DNA from: an uncultured virus (IMG/VR IMGVR_UViG_3300047443_000199)
Taxonomy: Duplodnaviria; Heunggongvirae; Uroviricota; Caudoviricetes
IMG/VR virus record: IMGVR_UViG_3300047443_000199
Direction: 5' to 3' (one strand)
DNA: 64,000 nt
Shown: piece after piece, positions 59,793 through 64,000 of the stretch
Layout: each line of letters opens with the position of its first letter
How positions within the stretch are numbered: the first letter of the stretch is position 1
The notes under the pieces: generated by a model
Seen by the model: only the letters and a program-made list of their open reading frames with translations
What the model was told of the DNA's origin: nothing
Database searches by the model: none
Position numbers and translations under genes: made by a program

Positions 59793-60242
59793 ATGTTCGG
59801 AATGAAAAAACTCTTCGGCAAACAAGTCGGCAATGCCCAGGCCGAAATGAAGAAGGTCGTTAACCGCGACTTGATGCAGGCCATTGTCGGTGGCGGCCTA
59901 TTGGTCGCTGCGGCTGATGGTGAGATTGAAGCCAGCGAGGTTTCCAAGCTGGATGAGCTGATTCGCTCCAACCCAAATTTGACGCACTTCGGCAGCGAAA
60001 TCACCGAAACCATCAATCGTTTTACAGGCCAGTTGAACGCCAACTTCCAAGTAGGTCGATTGGCGATCAAGCGCGAACTGGCCGACATCAAAAACGTTCC
60101 GACCGACGCAGAGGAAGCCTTCGTTAACATTCTTGCCGTTGCCCAGGCTGATGGTCAGATCGAGCCAGCAGAGTTGGTGGTGCTGAAGGAAATAGGCATG
60201 CACTTCGGTCTGCGCCTGGCTGACTACGGTATCGAGGCGTGA
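59793..60242 (+). CDS. TerB-family protein
   Basis: Two ADG.I...E motifs (ADGEIEASE, ADGQIEPAE). Confidence 0.88.
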   Translation: MFGMKKLFGKQVGNAQAEMKKVVNRDLMQAIVGGGLLVAAADGEIEASEVSKLDELIRSNPNLTHFGSEITETINRFTGQLNANFQVGRLAIKRELADIKNVPTDAEEAFVNILAVAQADGQIEPAELVVLKEIGMHFGLRLADYGIEA

Positions 60243-60442
60243 AGTACGCGACAAAGGTTCTGCTGATCCTGCTGGCACTGATCGTCGGCTGCATATTGCT
60301 GAGCAACGTAGCCTCTCGGGCCACTTGCTCCTACTACGGCTTCCAGACTGACCGAGAGACCCGCTACGCCGCCTTTGTTGGCTGCATGGTTCTGGTTAAC
60401 GGTGCGTGGTTCCCTCGTAACGAAATCCGCGTAATGCAGTGA
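60239..60442 (+). CDS. Small membrane-anchored protein
   Basis: N-terminal TM helix, Cys pair; GTGA overlap with terB. Confidence 0.7.
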   Translation: MKYATKVLLILLALIVGCILLSNVASRATCSYYGFQTDRETRYAAFVGCMVLVNGAWFPRNEIRVMQ

Positions 60443-60507
60443 CGTTTCACTGATGCCGCTTCTTACAAGGCGGCATTGGGAAACTAACTCACGCAAGGAA
60501 ATGGACA

Positions 60508-60708
60508 ATGCTAATTTTGACTCGCAAAGAAGGCGAAAGCATCAACATAGGCAACGACATCACGATCACAGTGTTGGGTGTTAGCGGCAAACAGGTACGT
60601 ATCGGAATAAGCGCCCCAAAAGATGTCCTGGTAAATCGAGAAGAAATCACGCAGCGCATTCAGGCGGGTCTGTCGACTCCCTCGATGGCAACACCTGCAA
60701 TCACTTAG
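60508..60708 (+). CDS. csrA: Phage-encoded CsrA/RsmA homolog
   Basis: [47 protein letters not shown]. Confidence 0.95.
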   Translation: MLILTRKEGESINIGNDITITVLGVSGKQVRIGISAPKDVLVNREEITQRIQAGLSTPSMATPAIT

Positions 60709-60859
60709 ACAGGTCTTCGTGACGCAAACAATGGCCCGGTTCCGATCGGGCTTTTTTACGCCTGCAATTTATCAATCAGCCCCCCTTCCCTGCCCAATGG
60801 GCACCGGCAGATGGTCGGAGTGCTGATGAATACACCTAACCTACTCCGAGGGATCAACC

Positions 60860-61132
60860 ATGCATCCATCATTTCAAGAGCGCTTCGATGAAGTCGGTGA
60901 GCTGCTGCAACGAACAAAGGCCGCCCGCTCCGGGTTCTACAGTCGTATTGATCGACGTGCCCCAGCCAAACCGGTGCGCTACCAAATCGCAGGCGGAAGC
61001 TTCGGTATGTATCAGATTAAAGACCGCACCACCGACAAGACTCACGCCTTCCGTGACGACTACAAGGCTGCTCACGACCTTGCCATGCAGTTCGAAGCAA
61101 AAGCCAATCGTCAGCTTGCGGTGACGCTATGA
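60860..61132 (+). CDS. Phage early hypothetical protein
   Basis: GAGG RBS; overlaps next ORF. Confidence 0.7.
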   Translation: MHPSFQERFDEVGELLQRTKAARSGFYSRIDRRAPAKPVRYQIAGGSFGMYQIKDRTTDKTHAFRDDYKAAHDLAMQFEAKANRQLAVTL

Positions 61133-61590
61133 AAAAGCGAAAGCCCAATAACATGCGTACCCGGTTAGAGCGAGCGAGCCGGGCACTGCTCAATGCCAAT
61201 CACGTCGCAGTGGTCCACATCGATCCCAGCGGACGCCAAGGGATGATCAACAGGAAGAGCTGCAAGAGCATCCCGCCAGGGCAGCGCATGGCAGAAGCAG
61301 TCTGCGACATTGCCCACCGCTGGACGATCTATGTCAGCGTCCAGTGTCGCGATCAACAAGGGCACCGCTACACTAAATCAGTAGAGGTTGCTCCCCAAGG
61401 CAACTATCTGGCCGCGCACCTCGAAGACGTGATCGAGGAAACCTACAAAGACCTGGTCGCCGAGAGCAATCCGAATCATCGGGTTGCTTCGGGCTGGATC
61501 GCCATTCCCGCCGAAATATCGCTGACTGAAGAGCAAGCCGCCCAGGTGTTCGACGCCGCGGGTGTCTGGAATCAACAGAGGGCAGCATGA
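61129..61590 (+). CDS. Phage early hypothetical protein
   Basis: 153-aa ORF in early operon. Confidence 0.75.
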   Translation: MKKRKPNNMRTRLERASRALLNANHVAVVHIDPSGRQGMINRKSCKSIPPGQRMAEAVCDIAHRWTIYVSVQCRDQQGHRYTKSVEVAPQGNYLAAHLEDVIEETYKDLVAESNPNHRVASGWIAIPAEISLTEEQAAQVFDAAGVWNQQRAA

Positions 61591-61827
61591 GAAGCATCAG
61601 CAACCAGGTACGCCAGCGCCGACGACAGGCATGGCTGGATCTACCGGCCCACGGAATTGAAGAGGCAGGCCATGACGCAAAGTCAACGCGCAGATCCAGC
61701 AGGACAACCGCACCAAGGAGAAAACCCTGCTAGAGCGAATTGGCGCCGAGAAGCGCACGCTGATTGTGTCGAGGGCGCTGACTGATGCTATAACCGCGAG
61801 GCGCTGCATATTTGCCGAAACGAATAG

Positions 61828-62076
61828 TTACTCCGGCACGATCACAAACAGGCAGTAGTGATTGCCATCAACAACCATGGCATTACCTTCACCTGACTCG
61901 ACGATCTCGCCAAGATACTTTCCGCTCATGTCGTAGAACTCGGAACCTTCAACCCGATAGAGCAGACCTTTATTCGATCGGACAAACTCGTCCTCGTCGA
62001 TACGGCCAATCAGCGGTGCTCCCGGTCCACGACCTTCGTACACGTTGTAACGTCCAGCGCTGTAATCAGTAGCCAT
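61828..62076 (-). CDS. 82-aa accessory protein behind ATGGA-hairpin leader
   Basis: GGGAG RBS; beta-rich; antisense to early operon. Confidence 0.75.
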   Translation of the reverse strand: MATDYSAGRYNVYEGRGPGAPLIGRIDEDEFVRSNKGLLYRVEGSEFYDMSGKYLGEIVESGEGNAMVVDGNHYCLFVIVPE

Positions 62077-62089
62077 CTTATCTCCCTAT

Positions 62090-62104
62090 CCGGCTCCATG
62101 CCGG
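62090..62104 (-). promoter_or_regulatory. Leader hairpin copy 3, putative CsrA/RsmA site
   Basis: CCGGC-ATGGA-GCCGG. Confidence 0.6.
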
Positions 62105-62173
62105 TCATCCGTATTAACTCACCTCAAACCAAATTGCCACTGTCGCATCCGGTCACTGGAAACCGTGCAGACG

Positions 62174-62506
62174 CTATTTAGCGCGGTTTTGGTAGCTCTC
62201 CAGCTTAGATTTCGCCCTAGAAATTAAGGCTGGGGTCCGTGGATTGCCTGCTTCATCGGTGAGAACCATGATTGCAACGCATCGGCATCCCACATCGTTA
62301 TCATTCAGCCCCCACCACTCAAGCATTTCCGGCCCAGTAAAAAGCTCTCCATGCCGGGCGACATGTTCGTCGCGGCTATTTGGGGCAAGCGCTGACATGT
62401 GCATGAAGCGGTGAGAAATACCCAGGCGCTTCGCATCCGCTATGTCCTGATTCAACTTGCGAATTTTCATAGCGTGAAGTTCAGAATCTGCAGGTTTGTT
62501 CGCCAC
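62174..62506 (-). CDS. Accessory protein with MuF-like His/Cys motif behind hairpin leader
   Basis: AAGGAG RBS + GTG; SRDEHVARHG...NDVGCRC. Confidence 0.7.
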   Translation of the reverse strand: MANKPADSELHAMKIRKLNQDIADAKRLGISHRFMHMSALAPNSRDEHVARHGELFTGPEMLEWWGLNDNDVGCRCVAIMVLTDEAGNPRTPALISRAKSKLESYQNRAK

Positions 62507-62521
62507 AACACTCTCCTTTGT

Positions 62522-62536
62522 CCAGCTCCATGCCGG
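62522..62536 (-). promoter_or_regulatory. Leader hairpin copy 4 (G-U variant)
   Basis: CCGGC-ATGGA-GCTGG; the substitution keeps pairing as a G-U wobble. Confidence 0.6.
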
Positions 62537-62755
62537 GCGGAACACAAATACCCCACTGAATGGGTCGAGTGGCTCATGGGGTGGCCCATCAGGTGGACCG
62601 AATTAAAGCCCTTGGCAATGGACAAGTTCCGCGAGTGGCAGCAACAGCATTCACTCTTCTCTCAATCGACCGAGACTGACGCAGCGTAAGCGCCTACCCC
62701 CCTCCACCGGCCGGGCATGACCAAGCGCATCAGCGGGCCGAAGTTAGAAGTCCAT

Positions 62756-63061
62756 TTATTCCGAAGTTATCGGCTCACCAGAGCGGCTCCGCAAGATGGT
62801 GGATCGCTCATTAACAGCGCGGTGCAATAAAGAAACACTGTAATCGTAGGTCGAAATCAACGGTACTGGTCCCTCCCGCCGAGCCATCGCGAGCCATTGC
62901 CTAGTTCGTTCAACGTCAAAAAACTCGCTCTTGAACTTCATCTTCGCAACAAGGTTCGCTGAGACTCTGAAGTGTCCACAACCAGCTGAGCATTTGACCT
63001 CTGACCAGTCTCCAAGCGCGTGAACAATCCTGGCGGCAGCCTGACAGATTAAGCACTTCAT
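62756..63061 (-). CDS. Small Cys-rich phage hypothetical protein
   Basis: Paralog of 462-767. Confidence 0.7.
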   Translation of the reverse strand: MKCLICQAAARIVHALGDWSEVKCSAGCGHFRVSANLVAKMKFKSEFFDVERTRQWLAMARREGPVPLISTYDYSVSLLHRAVNERSTILRSRSGEPITSE

Positions 63062-63274
63062 ATCCGATCTCCATATCAGTGACCCATCAACTGTAGCCGA
63101 TCATTGGCGAAGGACATCCCAATGCCCACAGAAAATCGATCCACCCGGTTTCACCCGGATCCGCAAGTCGCTGATTAGCATCAGCGCGACAGTCTCCGAC
63201 CTAGCGCCTTCAGCAAACGAACTGCCACCTCCACTCACCCACCTTCTGCCGCCAAGCGCGGCACGGAGCAGCTC

Positions 63275-63481
63275 ATGAACATCCAGTTTCTTTCCCATGA
63301 GGAGGTTTGCGAGCTCACTGGCGCTCGGACCAAGGCCGGACAGATCCTCAACCTGAAGAAAAACGGCGTCAGGCACACCATCAAAGTGAATGGCTGGCCA
63401 AGCGTCACCGCCATGGCCGTAACAGCGGTCGGCATGTATGAAGCAGAAAAACCAGAATGGAAACCACGCAAGGCTAGCTGA
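63275..63481 (+). CDS. DUF4224-type excisionase-like protein
   Basis: Paralog of 982-1188. Confidence 0.78.
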   Translation: MNIQFLSHEEVCELTGARTKAGQILNLKKNGVRHTIKVNGWPSVTAMAVTAVGMYEAEKPEWKPRKAS

Positions 63482-63482
63482 T

Positions 63483-64000
63483 ATGGGACGACGACCAAGT
63501 AAAACCGGCTCAATTGCCCGGCTGCGAGAGCGAAAGAAAGCCAGCGGCCGGACTTTCTATTACTACGAGATAGGCGGAAAGGACCGGAAAGAGATCGCAC
63601 TGGGTAGCGATTACGGACTGGCGATCATGGAATACGCCAAACTTGAGCGTGACCGCACAGCGACTGCTTTGGTCGCCAAAGTGATCACGTTCAGGTATGT
63701 GGCCGAAAAATACATGATCGACGTTGTGCCAACGAAAAAGCCGGCCACACAGAAGGACAATGTCAGAGAGCTGAAGAACTTGATGTCCTTTTTCGATGAT
63801 CCGCCAGCCCCGCTCGAAACAATCAAGCCACTGCACGTCCGCCAGTACCTAACATGGCGGAAGGCGGCACCAGTGCGAGCAAACAGAGAAAAGGCCCTGC
63901 TCAGCGCAATCTGGAACTTCGCCAGGGACGTTGGATATACAGCTCTGGCCAACCCATGCGCCGGGATTAAGGGCAACAAGGAAACAGGTAGAGACATCTA
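63483..64000 (+). CDS. int: Prophage 2 integrase (5' part, runs off window)
   Basis: MGRRPSK..., colinear with 1190-2221. Confidence 0.92.
   Translation, partial: MGRRPSKTGSIARLRERKKASGRTFYYYEIGGKDRKEIALGSDYGLAIMEYAKLERDRTATALVAKVITFRYVAEKYMIDVVPTKKPATQKDNVRELKNLMSFFDDPPAPLETIKPLHVRQYLTWRKAAPVRANREKALLSAIWNFARDVGYTALANPCAGIKGNKETGRDI

Larger units (their letters stand above)
20596..64000. mobile_element. Prophage 2 (lambda-like head, P2-like contractile tail), continues past window
   Basis: att, morons, tail, head, terminase, holin, Q, replication, cro/cI, early genes, xis, int in canonical order. Confidence 0.95.

Overview
Pseudomonas-like accessory region built from at least three mobile elements stacked at the 3' end of a minus-strand tRNA-Leu(TAA). 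(1) 1-2301 is the integrase end of a prophage. (2) ~2302-20619 is an ~18 kb satellite/PICI-like element with a P4-type integrase, AlpA, a primase Zn-finger and a RepA-like helicase. Its cargo includes GIY-YIG and HNH nucleases, a 998-aa reverse transcriptase-nitrilase fusion (DRT1-like), secreted proteins, an orphan integron cassette and decayed phage fragments. (3) 20596->64000 is a ~44 kb prophage with a lambda-like head and P2-like contractile tail, intact-looking immunity and replication modules, several morons (HNH; ParB/DUF262-like + HEPN-like pair; 477-aa protein + lipoprotein) and no recognisable endolysin. The most striking unexplained patterns are: (a) four copies of a CCGGC-ATGGA-GCCGG hairpin (CsrA/RsmA-type loop), each just upstream of the RBS of a different counter-oriented accessory gene, in a window whose prophage encodes its own CsrA; (b) short GGCAGC..GCTGCC-type palindromes between cargo genes that host five related MITEs, two of which bracket the RT-nitrilase gene as direct repeats. 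All family assignments come from motif recognition by eye; no database search was run.
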